Origin: Myxococcota bacterium
GTDB lineage: Bacteria; Myxococcota_A; Polyangia; Polyangiales; Sandaracinaceae
Direction: 5' to 3'
Assembly (NCBI GenBank): GCA_036149055.1
Contig: JAYZQJ010000227.1
Coordinates: forward strand, 78,761-142,760
Length of the DNA stretch: 64,000 nucleotides
Numbering within the stretch: position 1 is the first letter of the stretch; the number at the start of each line of letters is the position of its first letter. Shown here one piece after another: positions 18,265 to 34,598 of this stretch. Below the pieces are notes generated by a model. It did not search any database and was not told the DNA's origin. It saw only the letters and a program-made list of their open reading frames with translations. Position numbers and translations under genes: made by a program.

Positions 18265-19482
18265 ATGAGCCACGCCGCCGCGCGCCACGAGAGCCACGAG
18301 GTCCCGGTCATGCTCGGGCGACGCCCGATGTTCGGGCCCGACCTCGACACCACGGCGTACCGCCTCCTCTACGCGGGCGTGCCCGATCCGGGCGGCCGCG
18401 AGCACATGACGGCGGAGGTCGTGGTGCGCGCGATGGTCGACTTCGGCATCGATCGCATCTGCGAGGACAAGCCGGCCGTCATCAGCTTCCCCCGGGCGTT
18501 CCTCACCGGCGAGCTGCCGGTCACCGTGCCGCGCCACCGCGTGGTCGTGCGGGTCTCGCCCGAGGTGGAGCCCGACCTGCAGGTGGTCGAGGGCCTCCGG
18601 GCGCTGGCCGGACAGGGCTACCGGATCGCCCTCAGCGCGCCGCCGCTCGGGCCCCTCGCCGGCGAGCTGCTGAGCGCCGCGTACCTCGTGGAGATCCCGG
18701 TCATGGGCCGCTCGATCGCGGAGATCGGCGCGGACGTCGAGCGGGTCGGCGAGGTGCGCACGGTCGCGATCGGGGTGGAGTCGTTCTCGCAGCTCGGCGA
18801 GCTGAAGTCGCTGGGCTTCTCCCACTTCGCCGGCGACTTCCTCGGCAAGCCCCGCCTCCTGAAGACCCGCCGGCCGAGCTCGGGCCGCCTGGCGACGCTG
18901 CAGCTGCTCAAGCTCGTGCACGACCCGAACGTGACCATCCCCGAGCTCGAGTCGGTGATCTCGCGCGACGCGACCCTCGGCTACCGTCTCCTCCGCTGGG
19001 TGAACTCGGCCGCGTGCGGCCTGCCCCGACGGATCGACTCGGTGCACCAGGCGCTCGTGCTGCTCGGCCTCCAGAAGCTGCGCGCGCTGGTCTCGATGGT
19101 CGCGCTCGCCTCGCTGACCGACGAGCCCCGCGAGCTGCTCACGCTCTCCCTCACCCGCGCGCGGTGCTGCGAGCTGGTGGCGCAGCGCAGCGGCGCGGAC
19201 GCCCCGGACGTCTACTTCACGGTCGGCCTCTTCTCGCTCCTCGACGCCCTCTTCGGCATGTCGATGGACGCGATCCTGGAGCGGGTCCCCCTGTCCGAGC
19301 GGGTGGCGCGCGCGCTGACCCAGGGCGACAACGCGGAGGGCCGGGTCCTGTCGATGGTGGCCGCCCAGGAGCGCGGCGACTTCAGCGGGGTCGCGCGTCT
19401 CGGCGGTGATCCGCACGCCATCAGCCTCACCTGGGTCGACGCCCTGGAGTGGGCGGGCGCCGCGGGCCGGGAAATGCGCTGA
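18265..19482 (+). CDS. Degenerate EAL + HDOD domain protein
   Basis: N-terminal GRRPMF..AYRLLY and AIGVES..LGFSHFAGDF (EAL-like). HDOD: ISRDATLGYRLLRWVNSA, FTVGLFSLLDAL. Confidence 0.85.
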   Translation: MSHAAARHESHEVPVMLGRRPMFGPDLDTTAYRLLYAGVPDPGGREHMTAEVVVRAMVDFGIDRICEDKPAVISFPRAFLTGELPVTVPRHRVVVRVSPEVEPDLQVVEGLRALAGQGYRIALSAPPLGPLAGELLSAAYLVEIPVMGRSIAEIGADVERVGEVRTVAIGVESFSQLGELKSLGFSHFAGDFLGKPRLLKTRRPSSGRLATLQLLKLVHDPNVTIPELESVISRDATLGYRLLRWVNSAACGLPRRIDSVHQALVLLGLQKLRALVSMVALASLTDEPRELLTLSLTRARCCELVAQRSGADAPDVYFTVGLFSLLDALFGMSMDAILERVPLSERVARALTQGDNAEGRVLSMVAAQERGDFSGVARLGGDPHAISLTWVDALEWAGAAGREMR

Positions 19483-19540
19483 GCGCCGCGTCGCTGTCTC
19501 AAGAAGCGACGCGCGCCGCCGATGATCCCCTTCGAGACGC

Positions 19541-21643
19541 ATGGACGAGCTCGAAGAGATCATCCAGTCCTTCCTGGTCGAGTCGGCCGAGGGCCTCGCG
19601 CAGGTCGAGCAAGACCTGGTGCTGCTCGAGAAGGACCCTGGCGACGCCGAGGCGCTGAAGCGCATCACGCGCGTCCTCCACACGATCAAGGGCACCTGCG
19701 GCTTCCTCGGCTTCGAGAACCTCGAGGAGCTGACCCACGTCGCGGAGTCGACGTTGATCCCGGTGCGCGACGGCGAGAAGCGGTTCGACAGCCGCCTCGC
19801 CGACGTGCTCCTCGAGGTCGTCGACCGGACGCGGGCCATCTTCGCGCAGATCGAGGCCGAGGGCACCGAGCACCCGCAGCCGCACGACGCGCTCGTCGCC
19901 CAGCTCCGCGCGATCGACGAGGGCGAGGCGCCCGAGGCGCCCGAGCCGGTCGCGGCGCCCGAGCCGGCGCCCACCGCGACCGTGCACGCCGACGCGCCCC
20001 CCACGGTGAGCGCCGCCGAGACCTCGACCACCATCCGGGTGGACGTCCGGGTGCTCGACCGCCTGATGAACCTGGTCGGTGAGCTCGTGCTCTCCCGCAA
20101 CCAGCTGGTCCGCAGCGAGCTCTCCTCGGCGAGCAACCACGTCAGCGGCGCCCTCGCCCGCCTCAGCTCCATCACCACGGAGCTGCAGGAGGGGATCATG
20201 AAGACCCGGATGCAGCCGGTGAAGCAGATCTGGGGCAGCGTGCCGCGCATCGTGCGCGACGTCTCGAAGGTCGCCGGCAAGCAGGTGGAGCTGGCGCTCA
20301 GCGGCGCCGACACCGAGATCGACCGGGGCGTGCTCGACGCGATCAAGGACCCGCTGCTGCACCTCGTGCGCAACGCGGTCGATCACGGCATCGAGTCGCC
20401 CGAGGCCCGCGAGCGCGCCGGCAAGAGCCGGGCGGGGACGCTCTCGGTGCACGCCTATCACGAGAACGGCTTCGTCGGGATCCGCATCCGCGACGACGGC
20501 GCGGGCATCGACCCGGGGCGCATCCGCGACAAGGCGCTCGAGCGGGGGCTCATCGACGACGCCGCGGCCGCGCGCATGTCCGACCGCGACCTCGTCTCGC
20601 TCATCTTCGCGGCTGGCTTCTCGACCGCGGAGAAGGTCACCAACATCTCGGGTCGCGGCGTCGGCATGGACGTCGTGAAGACCAGCATCGAGCGCATCGG
20701 CGGCGTGGTCGAGGTGGACTCGACCGTCGGCTCCGGCACGACGTTCCGGATCAAGCTCCCGCTGACCCTCGCCATCGTGCCGGCGCTCGTGGTGCGCTCG
20801 GAGTCGGAGCGCTACGCGCTGCCGCAGGCGACGGTCCAGGAGCTCATCCGCCTGCGCGAGGGCGCGATCGAGCGGGTGCAGGACGCGCACGTCTACCGCC
20901 TCCGCGGCCAGCTCGTCCCCCTGCTCTCGCTCGGAGAGCTGCTCGGGCTCGGCGCCGGCATCCTCGACGAGGCGATGCGAAGCGAGCGCGACGGGACGCT
21001 GCTCGTGATCAACGCCGACGGGAAGACCTTCGGGCTGGTGGTCGACGAGGTCGCGGACTCGGAGGAGATCGTGGTCAAGCCGCTCGGCGCCCTGGTCGGC
21101 GACCTCGGCGTGTTCGGCGGCGCGACCATCCTCGGCGACGGCCGGGTGGCGCTCATCCTCGATCCCCTCGGGCTCGCCCAGCGCGCGGCCCTCGCGGAGG
21201 AGGGGCGGGCGGTCACCGGGACGATGCTCGCGAGCGACGACGAGCTGCCCGCGGAGAGCGACTCGCTGCTCGTGTGCCTCGAGGACGAGGGGCGCCGCGT
21301 CGCCTTCCCGCTCGCCCAGGTCGCGCGGCTCGAGGAGGTCGCCCCCGAGGAGGTCGAGCGCTCGCACGGGCGCCCGGTCGTCCAGTACCACGGCCGGCTC
21401 CTGCCCCTGGTCAACGCGGGCGCGGGCGCGGGCATGCCGCTGATGCACGTGGTGGTGCGCGACACCGCCGGCGGACCGGTCGGCGTCGTGGTGCGCGAGG
21501 TGCTCGACGTGGTCGAGCGCGACGCGGAGAACGAGCGCGGCAGCATCGTGGTGGACGGCAAGGTCACCGATCTCCTCGCGCTCGACGACCTCATCGCGCG
21601 GGAGCGGCCGGAGCTGCTCGAGGGAGCGCCCCATGCAGCCTGA
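19541..21643 (+). CDS. cheA: Chemotaxis histidine kinase CheA with an extra C-terminal CheW-like domain
   Basis: HPt HTIKGTCGFLG, IRVDV..LDRLMNLVGELV, HLVRNAVDHGIE, DDGAG, GFSTAEKVTNISGRGVGMDVV. Confidence 0.95.
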   Translation: MDELEEIIQSFLVESAEGLAQVEQDLVLLEKDPGDAEALKRITRVLHTIKGTCGFLGFENLEELTHVAESTLIPVRDGEKRFDSRLADVLLEVVDRTRAIFAQIEAEGTEHPQPHDALVAQLRAIDEGEAPEAPEPVAAPEPAPTATVHADAPPTVSAAETSTTIRVDVRVLDRLMNLVGELVLSRNQLVRSELSSASNHVSGALARLSSITTELQEGIMKTRMQPVKQIWGSVPRIVRDVSKVAGKQVELALSGADTEIDRGVLDAIKDPLLHLVRNAVDHGIESPEARERAGKSRAGTLSVHAYHENGFVGIRIRDDGAGIDPGRIRDKALERGLIDDAAAARMSDRDLVSLIFAAGFSTAEKVTNISGRGVGMDVVKTSIERIGGVVEVDSTVGSGTTFRIKLPLTLAIVPALVVRSESERYALPQATVQELIRLREGAIERVQDAHVYRLRGQLVPLLSLGELLGLGAGILDEAMRSERDGTLLVINADGKTFGLVVDEVADSEEIVVKPLGALVGDLGVFGGATILGDGRVALILDPLGLAQRAALAEEGRAVTGTMLASDDELPAESDSLLVCLEDEGRRVAFPLAQVARLEEVAPEEVERSHGRPVVQYHGRLLPLVNAGAGAGMPLMHVVVRDTAGGPVGVVVREVLDVVERDAENERGSIVVDGKVTDLLALDDLIARERPELLEGAPHAA

Positions 21644-22061
21644 CACGCGCCAGCTCTGCACCTTCGAGGTCGACGATCTCCTCTTCGGGATCCCGGTCGA
21701 GTCGGTGCGCGAGCTGATGAAGCCGCAGCCGATGACGCGGGTCCCGCTCTCCGCCCACCCGGTGGTCGGGCTCATCAACATCCGCGGCGAGATCGTCACC
21801 GCGGTCGACGTCCGGCGTCGGCTCGGGATGGCCAACGCGGAGTCGCCGGGCATGAACGTCGTGCTCTTCGTCGACGGCGAGCTCGCGAGCGTCCTCGTCG
21901 ACCGCATCGGCGACGTCATCGAGGTCCACGAGGACCAGTTCGAGCGTCCCCCCGAGACCCTGCGCGGCTCGGTGCGGGAGGTGATCCAGGGGGCCTACAA
22001 GCTCCCGCAACGTTTGCTGCTCCTGCTCGACGTGCCGCGGTTCGTCGCCGGATGCAGCTGA
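21633..22061 (+). CDS. cheW: CheW adaptor
   Basis: [34 protein letters not shown]. Confidence 0.93.
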   Translation: MQPDTRQLCTFEVDDLLFGIPVESVRELMKPQPMTRVPLSAHPVVGLINIRGEIVTAVDVRRRLGMANAESPGMNVVLFVDGELASVLVDRIGDVIEVHEDQFERPPETLRGSVREVIQGAYKLPQRLLLLLDVPRFVAGCS

Positions 22062-22072
22062 GAGAGGCCGAG

Positions 22073-23638
22073 ATGAAGGCAAGCCCCGACAACCGAACCC
22101 ACCCCAGGACGCGCGCCCTCGCGATCGGCGGCGGCGCCCTCATCGTGATCGCCTGGGTCGTCGGCGCGTCCAGCGCCGTGGGCATCCAGGACGACGCGGT
22201 GACCAGCGCGACGGTCGCCCATCAGGGAGCGCTCGCGCACCGCTACGCGCTCGAGGCCCTCGAGGACCCCGAGCGCGCCGGCGAGACGATGGACGAGCTC
22301 CGCGCGTCGATGGCGATCGCCAGCACCGACGAGGTGCGCGAGGCGGTCGACGCGCTCGAGGAGCGGGGCGCGGACGTCGCGACGCCCGAGGCGCGGCGAG
22401 CCCTCACCCGGAGCGCCTCGGCGGTCTCGCGCGCCGCGCACGCCGCCGCGGTCGACCGGGTGCCCGGCTACGGTCGGCTCCTGCTCCCGGCGGGCATCAC
22501 GGGGGGCGCGGCGCTCGTCGCCGTCCTGCTCTTCCTGATGACCGTGCGGCAGCTGCGCCGACGGCTCGACGTGCCCGCGCGCGAGGTCTCGAGCGTCGCC
22601 GAGGCGCTCGCCCGCGGCGACCTGACCGCGCGCGCCGCCTTCACCGACCCCGCCTTCCGGCTCGCGGGCGACGCGCTCGACGGGGCGATCGAGCGCTTCG
22701 GCGGCTCGGTCTCGTCCATCCGCGACAGCTCCCGCGGCCTCGCGCAGTCGTCGGAGGAGCTGACCGCGGTCAGCCATCAGCTCGCCAGCGGCGCCGAGGA
22801 GACCTCGACCCGCGCGAGCGCGGTCACCAGCGCGGCGAAGGGCGTGAGCGACAACGTCCAGCTCGTCGTCGCGGCGGCCGAGCAGATGAACGCGAGCGTC
22901 GGCGAGATCGCCCGGGCCGCGCGCGAGGCCTCCGAGATCGCCGGCAGCGCGGTCGACGCGGCCCACAGCACGAACGCCTCGGTCACGCGCCTCGGGGCCA
23001 GCAGCGCCGAGATCGGCCAGGTGGTGAAGGTGATCACCTCGATCGCCGAGCAGACCAACCTGCTCGCCCTGAACGCGACCATCGAGGCGGCGCGCGCGGG
23101 CGAGGCCGGCAAGGGCTTCGCGGTCGTCGCCAACGAGGTGAAGGAGCTCGCCAAGGAGACGAGCCGGGCGACCGAGGACATCAGCCGCCGCATCGACGCG
23201 ATCCAGCGCGACACCGGCGAGGCGGTCAGCGCGATCGGGCGCATCGACCAGGTCATCCAGCACGTCAACGAGATCCAGGCGACGATCGCCGCGGCGGTGG
23301 AGGAGCAGTCCATCACCACCCAGGAGATCCAGCGCAACGTCGCCGAGGCGGCGCAGGGCAGCGCGGACATCGCCGAGAGCGTCGCCGGCGTGGCCGAGGC
23401 GGCGCGGGAGACCAGCGAGAGCGCCAGCGCGATCCGCATCGCCGCCCGCGAGCTGTCGAGCATGGGCGTCGAGCTCCAGGGTCTCCTGGGCCAGTTCCGC
23501 GTGAGCGGGACGGGGCACAGCAAGGTCGAGAGCCGCGCGATGACCCGCGGGGCCGGGTTCGGGTTCGGCAACGGCGCGGGCAACGGCGGGATCCACCCGG
23601 CGCTCGCCGACTTCGACGGTCCGATCATCGAGATGTGA
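22073..23638 (+). CDS. Transmembrane methyl-accepting chemotaxis protein
   Basis: Two TM segments, HAMP-like region, [37 protein letters not shown]. Confidence 0.93.
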   Translation: MKASPDNRTHPRTRALAIGGGALIVIAWVVGASSAVGIQDDAVTSATVAHQGALAHRYALEALEDPERAGETMDELRASMAIASTDEVREAVDALEERGADVATPEARRALTRSASAVSRAAHAAAVDRVPGYGRLLLPAGITGGAALVAVLLFLMTVRQLRRRLDVPAREVSSVAEALARGDLTARAAFTDPAFRLAGDALDGAIERFGGSVSSIRDSSRGLAQSSEELTAVSHQLASGAEETSTRASAVTSAAKGVSDNVQLVVAAAEQMNASVGEIARAAREASEIAGSAVDAAHSTNASVTRLGASSAEIGQVVKVITSIAEQTNLLALNATIEAARAGEAGKGFAVVANEVKELAKETSRATEDISRRIDAIQRDTGEAVSAIGRIDQVIQHVNEIQATIAAAVEEQSITTQEIQRNVAEAAQGSADIAESVAGVAEAARETSESASAIRIAARELSSMGVELQGLLGQFRVSGTGHSKVESRAMTRGAGFGFGNGAGNGGIHPALADFDGPIIEM

Positions 23639-23642
23639 GCGC

Positions 23643-24710
23643 GTGCCCAAGCGGATCCTCATCGCCGACGACAGCGCCCTGGTGCGCGGCTTCCTCGTTC
23701 GCCTGCTCGAGCACGACCCTCGCTTCGAGGTCGCCGGCATCGCGCACGACGGGCGCGCCGCGGTCGAGCGGGTGCGCGTCGGTCAGTACGACGCGGTCGT
23801 GCTCGACGTGGAGATGCCGCGCCTCAACGGGCTCGAGGCGCTCAGCGAGATCCGGGAGATCGCGCCGTCGCTGCCGGTGCTGATGTTCAGCCAGCACACC
23901 GAGCGCGGCGCCAAGATCGCGATCGAGGCGCTCTCGCGCGGGGCCGCGGACTACGTGACCAAGCCGTCGGCGCGGCTGCGAGATCTGAGCCGCGAGAACG
24001 TGACGGCGGAGCTGCTCGCGAAGCTGCTCGCGGTGACCACGCGCGCGCCGAACGTCACCCCGCTGCGCCCCCGGCCGAGCCCGCTCTCGTCGACCGCCCC
24101 GGAGGTGATCGTGCTCGCGGCGTCCACCGGCGGCCCTCGCGCCCTCGACGTCGTGCTCCGCACGATCCCCCGCTGGCTGCCGGTCCCGGTGCTGATCGTG
24201 CAGCACATGCCGGCGCTCTTCACCACCCACCTCGCGCACCGACTGCACGAGTCGGCGCCGCTCCCGGTGAGCGAGGCGCGGGACGGAGAGCTCATCGAGC
24301 CCGGCCGCGTCTACGTCGCCCCGGGCGACCGACACCTCCGGGTGCTCCGCATCGGCGACACGCGGCGGCTGCGGGTGGTCGAGGAGCCCCCCGTCCAGGG
24401 CTGCCGGCCGTCGGCCGACGTGCTGTTCGGCTCGGCCGCGGACGCGTGGGGGCCCGGCGTGCTCGCCGCGGTGCTCACCGGCATGGGGCGGGACGGAACC
24501 GAGGGCGCGCGGCGGATCGTGGAGCGCGGCGGCCGGGTGCTCGCGCAAGACCAGGCCACCTCGACCGTCTGGGGCATGCCCGGACAGGTCGCCAAGGAGG
24601 GCCTCGCGGAGGAGCTCGTGCCGCTGCCCGACGTCGGCCGCGCCCTGGTCTCGCGCGTGGTCGCCGGCATCCGGCGCGCCGAGGGGAGGAGCGTCGATGG
24701 ACGACGCTGA
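23643..24710 (+). CDS. cheB: Chemotaxis methylesterase CheB (REC + CheB)
   Basis: ILIADDS, LDVEMP, ASTGGP, VQHMP, RPSADVLF, LTGMGRDG. Confidence 0.95.
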   Translation: MPKRILIADDSALVRGFLVRLLEHDPRFEVAGIAHDGRAAVERVRVGQYDAVVLDVEMPRLNGLEALSEIREIAPSLPVLMFSQHTERGAKIAIEALSRGAADYVTKPSARLRDLSRENVTAELLAKLLAVTTRAPNVTPLRPRPSPLSSTAPEVIVLAASTGGPRALDVVLRTIPRWLPVPVLIVQHMPALFTTHLAHRLHESAPLPVSEARDGELIEPGRVYVAPGDRHLRVLRIGDTRRLRVVEEPPVQGCRPSADVLFGSAADAWGPGVLAAVLTGMGRDGTEGARRIVERGGRVLAQDQATSTVWGMPGQVAKEGLAEELVPLPDVGRALVSRVVAGIRRAEGRSVDGRR

Positions 24711-25677
24711 CGTGCGCAAGGTGCGCGAGATCCTCTTCCGCCGGGCCGGCATCGAGCTCGGAGAGGAGCGCCGCTACCTCGTGGTCGAGCGGCTCGGCGC
24801 GATGGCGCGCGAGCTCGCCTACGAGTCCGCCGCCGACCTCGTCCGACGCGCCCCGGCGGAGCAGCTCGACCAGGCGGTGCTCGAGGCGCTCACCACCCAC
24901 GAGACCTCGTTCTTCCGCGAGCCCCAGGTGTTCGAGGCGCTGCGGATGCACGTCCTGCCCGAGCTGATCGCGAGCGCCCGGCAGCACCGCCGGCTCTGGC
25001 TCTGGTCGGCCGCCGCCTCGACCGGGCAAGAGGCCTACAGCCTCGCGATGCAGCTGCACGCGAGCTTCCCCGAGGTCCACGACTGGGACGTGCGCATCTT
25101 TGCGACCGATCTCTCGGCGCGGGTGGTCGGTCGCATCGAGCGCGGCCTCTACACCGAGTGGGAGACCCGGCGCGGGCTGCCGCCCCACCTGCACTCGCGC
25201 TACCTCGTGCGTCGGGGCGGCGAGTGGGAGGTCGTGCCCGAGCTGCGTCGCTGGGTGCGCGCGTCGCAGCTGAACCTGATCGACGCCTGGCCCACCAGCC
25301 TGCGCGACCTCGACCTCGTGCTGGTGCGCAACGTCCTCATCTATCTCCACGACGGCGCCCGCTGGGCGATCCTCCGCCGCGTCCGCGACGTGTTGAAGCC
25401 GAGAGGACGGCTCGTGCTCGGCAGCTCCGAGTCCCGCATCCGCGGGAGCGAGCTCTTCGAGGCGCAGCGGCTCGGCGGCGCCCTGTTCCATCGGCCCCCG
25501 GGCTTCGGCGACGAGCTCGAGGAGACCAAGCCCTACCGCCGCCTCCCGGCCGCGCTGCGAGCGCCTCGCGACGTGCGGCGGACGAAGTCCGGCACCGGCG
25601 TGACCGACACGGCGGAGCTGGAGGACATCGCGCGCGCGCTCCGCGCCAGCGCCGCCGCGCTCAAGAAGGTGCGTTGA
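24697..25677 (+). CDS. cheR: Chemotaxis methyltransferase CheR with C-terminal extension
   Basis: LTTHETSFFRE, WSAAASTGQEAYS, ATDLS, RNVLIY, LVLGSSE. Confidence 0.92.
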   Translation: MDDADVRKVREILFRRAGIELGEERRYLVVERLGAMARELAYESAADLVRRAPAEQLDQAVLEALTTHETSFFREPQVFEALRMHVLPELIASARQHRRLWLWSAAASTGQEAYSLAMQLHASFPEVHDWDVRIFATDLSARVVGRIERGLYTEWETRRGLPPHLHSRYLVRRGGEWEVVPELRRWVRASQLNLIDAWPTSLRDLDLVLVRNVLIYLHDGARWAILRRVRDVLKPRGRLVLGSSESRIRGSELFEAQRLGGALFHRPPGFGDELEETKPYRRLPAALRAPRDVRRTKSGTGVTDTAELEDIARALRASAAALKKVR

Positions 25678-25694
25678 GAGAGATCGGAGGGACA

Positions 25695-25868
25695 GTGCAG
25701 AAGACGATGGAAGACCTCTTCCCGGGGAACATGGGCCGGATGCTCATGATCCGGGTGATGTTGAAGCTACGCATGCCCGACCTGAAGGACATGCCCCGAA
25801 CGGAGCCGCTCGACCCGTCGCTGGTCTCGAGGCTCGAGACCACGATCGCGCAGGTTCAGCTGGGTTGA
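25695..25868 (+). CDS. Small hypothetical protein (about 57 aa)
   Basis: GGAGG SD before GTG 25695 (alternative starts 25674, 25707). Fills the cheR-to-V4R gap. Confidence 0.5.
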   Translation: MQKTMEDLFPGNMGRMLMIRVMLKLRMPDLKDMPRTEPLDPSLVSRLETTIAQVQLG

Positions 25869-25878
25869 GGAGGACGAG

Positions 25879-27111
25879 ATGACGAGAGAGACCGGAGACG
25901 TCACGCGCGTGGATCACGGCCGCACCCTGATGTCGGGCGAGCCGCTGGTGTTCCACTGCAACCACTACAACTACTGGCTGCAGAAGACCCTGCTGCTGCC
26001 CGAGGGCCTCGGCATGCGCGCGGTGATCCGCGACGCCGCCAGCAGCGCGGCCCACGCGATGATCACCCAGGCCGCCCGCGAGCGCGGCGCCACCGAGCCG
26101 GCCGAGATCCTGCGCATCGCCGCGGACTGCTTCTCGGCCCTGGGCTTCGGCACGATGGACTTCTCGGGCGCCGGCGAGGCCGGCGGCGCGGTGCGCACCC
26201 CCACCAGTCACTACGGTCAGTGCCTCCGCATGGCGTCGGGCGCGGACTTCGCCGAGCCGCAGGAGCTGTTCGACCAGGGCTACGCCGCGGGCGCGCTCGC
26301 GGCGGCTCACGGCAGGCCGGCGGGCAGCTACGCGGCGCGCAGCGAGGCGAGCCAGTCGATGGGCGCCGAGGTCGGGGAGATCGCGCTCGCGCCGCGCGAG
26401 GCGCCCGCCGACTTCTTCACCGCGCCGGGCCGCGGCCCGCACGCGGCCGGCGACGTCCCGCCCCAGAGCCCCGACACGAACGTGGACGAGGGCGCGGTCC
26501 TGAGCGCGCTCGCCGGGCTCGACCTCTCGGGGAACGAGGAGGGCCTGCTCCCGCGCTTCGGCGTGATCCTCACGAACCACTTCGCCAACTTCTACGACCG
26601 CATCTCCTTCGAGTTCGTCCGCCGCATGGACGGCACCGGCATGCTCGACATGGCGGAGGAGCTCCTCGTGGAGGCCGGCTACCGCTGCGCCTTCAACACC
26701 TTCGGCGGCATCATGACCAGCGCCGAGTGGGACGCGGTGGTGAAGCCCCAGTGCAAGACCACCGAGGACTGGGTCCACGGCATGGTCGCGGTGGCCAACG
26801 CGCTCGGCTGGGGCGTCTGGCGCGTGCACGAGCTGACCCCGAGCCGCCTCGTCGTGCGCATCTGGGACGACTACGAGTCGACCGGCTACCTCGGCATGTA
26901 CGGCGAGAGCGATCGCTTCGTCTCGCACCTCGCCGCGGGCGGCGTCGCTGGCCTCATGAACCTCGTCTACCCGGGCCGCATCGCCGAGCGCCCGACCCTC
27001 GACGCCGAGTACTACGCGCGCATCTTCGAGTCCCCCGAGCGCTTCGAGCCTCGCGGCGTGAAGTGCATGGCGTCCGGCGACGCCTACACCGAGGTGGTGG
27101 CGGAGCGGTGA
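25879..27111 (+). CDS. Tandem V4R-like (4-vinyl reductase/H-NOX/Bet3-fold) domain protein
   Basis: Two similar halves (ALGFG..GYAAG and ALGWG..GGVAG) and C-terminal KCMASGDAYTEV resembling the V4R C-x-A-x-GD motif. GAGGAG SD. Confidence 0.65.
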   Translation: MTRETGDVTRVDHGRTLMSGEPLVFHCNHYNYWLQKTLLLPEGLGMRAVIRDAASSAAHAMITQAARERGATEPAEILRIAADCFSALGFGTMDFSGAGEAGGAVRTPTSHYGQCLRMASGADFAEPQELFDQGYAAGALAAAHGRPAGSYAARSEASQSMGAEVGEIALAPREAPADFFTAPGRGPHAAGDVPPQSPDTNVDEGAVLSALAGLDLSGNEEGLLPRFGVILTNHFANFYDRISFEFVRRMDGTGMLDMAEELLVEAGYRCAFNTFGGIMTSAEWDAVVKPQCKTTEDWVHGMVAVANALGWGVWRVHELTPSRLVVRIWDDYESTGYLGMYGESDRFVSHLAAGGVAGLMNLVYPGRIAERPTLDAEYYARIFESPERFEPRGVKCMASGDAYTEVVAER

Positions 27112-27419
27112 AGCCCCCCTTCGAGGTCGAGCGCGACGCCCGCTGCCAGCGCGGCCTCCGCTTCCTCTACCGAGCGCGCTTCGACCCCGACGCGCTCGCC
27201 GACGCCCTCGACGCGGCGTACGACGGAATGGTCGTGCGCCACGTCGAGGCGCTCGGAGACACCCGCACCGAGCGCGTCATCGTGCAGTTCCAGGTCGAGT
27301 ACCGGGTCGGCGAGCGAGAAGGAGAGGTCTCCCTCACCCACCGCGTCAGCGCCTCCCCCGAGATCCGCGCGCGCAGCCACCGCGTGCTCGAAGACACCCT
27401 CACCCGCCTCGCCGCCTGA
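27108..27419 (+). CDS. Hypothetical protein (103 aa)
   Basis: GTGA overlap with the V4R gene. VKPPFEVERDARCQRGLRFLYRARF... Confidence 0.6.
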   Translation: MKPPFEVERDARCQRGLRFLYRARFDPDALADALDAAYDGMVVRHVEALGDTRTERVIVQFQVEYRVGEREGEVSLTHRVSASPEIRARSHRVLEDTLTRLAA

Positions 27420-27515
27420 CGCCAAACGTCAGCAACCGCCTACACAAGGCAACAAGTCAACTCCGTCCCCCAGTCCCGATTCGAGGACCGGCGTCGGCCG
27501 CCACCCGCCAGGAAC

Positions 27516-27632
27516 CGGCCGCGAGGACGAGCGAAGCGAAGTCGAGCCCGCCACTCGGCCGCGAGGACGAGCGAAGCGAAGTCGAGCCCGCCACTCGGAC
27601 CGCGAGGACGAGCGAAGCGAAGTCGAGCCCGC
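27516..27632. repeat. About three tandem copies of a 40-bp unit
   Basis: cggccgcgaggacgagcgaagcgaagtcgagcccgccact x2, plus a partial third copy with a 1-nt insertion. No spacers. Confidence 0.85.
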
Positions 27633-27674
27633 GAACCGAGCCCGGGTGGCGTCCCGCCCAGACAAAGGCGGCCA

Positions 27675-27825
27675 GCGAGCGCGAAGCGCGAGCGCGAGCC
27701 GCAGGGCCCCCAGCGCCCCGCGCTGGGGTCGCGGGACGAGCGCGAAGCGCGACGTCCCGACGGAGTCGGGTGGGGGGCCCCATGGGCGCTTTGCCCCATG
27801 GGGGGAGGGTTTGCCTCAAACCCTC

Positions 27826-27826
<1 letters not shown>
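27675..27826. repeat. REP-like palindrome cluster / terminator region between convergent genes
   Basis: gagcgcgaagcgcg twice, ccccagcg..cgctgggg, ccccatggg..ccccatgggg, ggagggtttg-cct-caaaccctcc hairpins. Confidence 0.6.
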
Positions 27827-34452
<6,626 letters not shown>

Positions 34453-34598
34453 CGAAGAAGCTCCCGAGGCTGTTCCGGGCGAGCGTGCGTAGGCTCACTC
34501 GCGCCCGATCAGGGAACCATGACCACTGCAATCGGTCAATGTCGGTGAATGCCCCACGCGGGCCTCGGGCGAGCTATGATCGGTGAAAAGACGAGGAT

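Noticed and set aside
27516..27632. CRISPR array
   Set aside because: Units are head-to-tail with no unique spacers, and there are no cas genes in the window.
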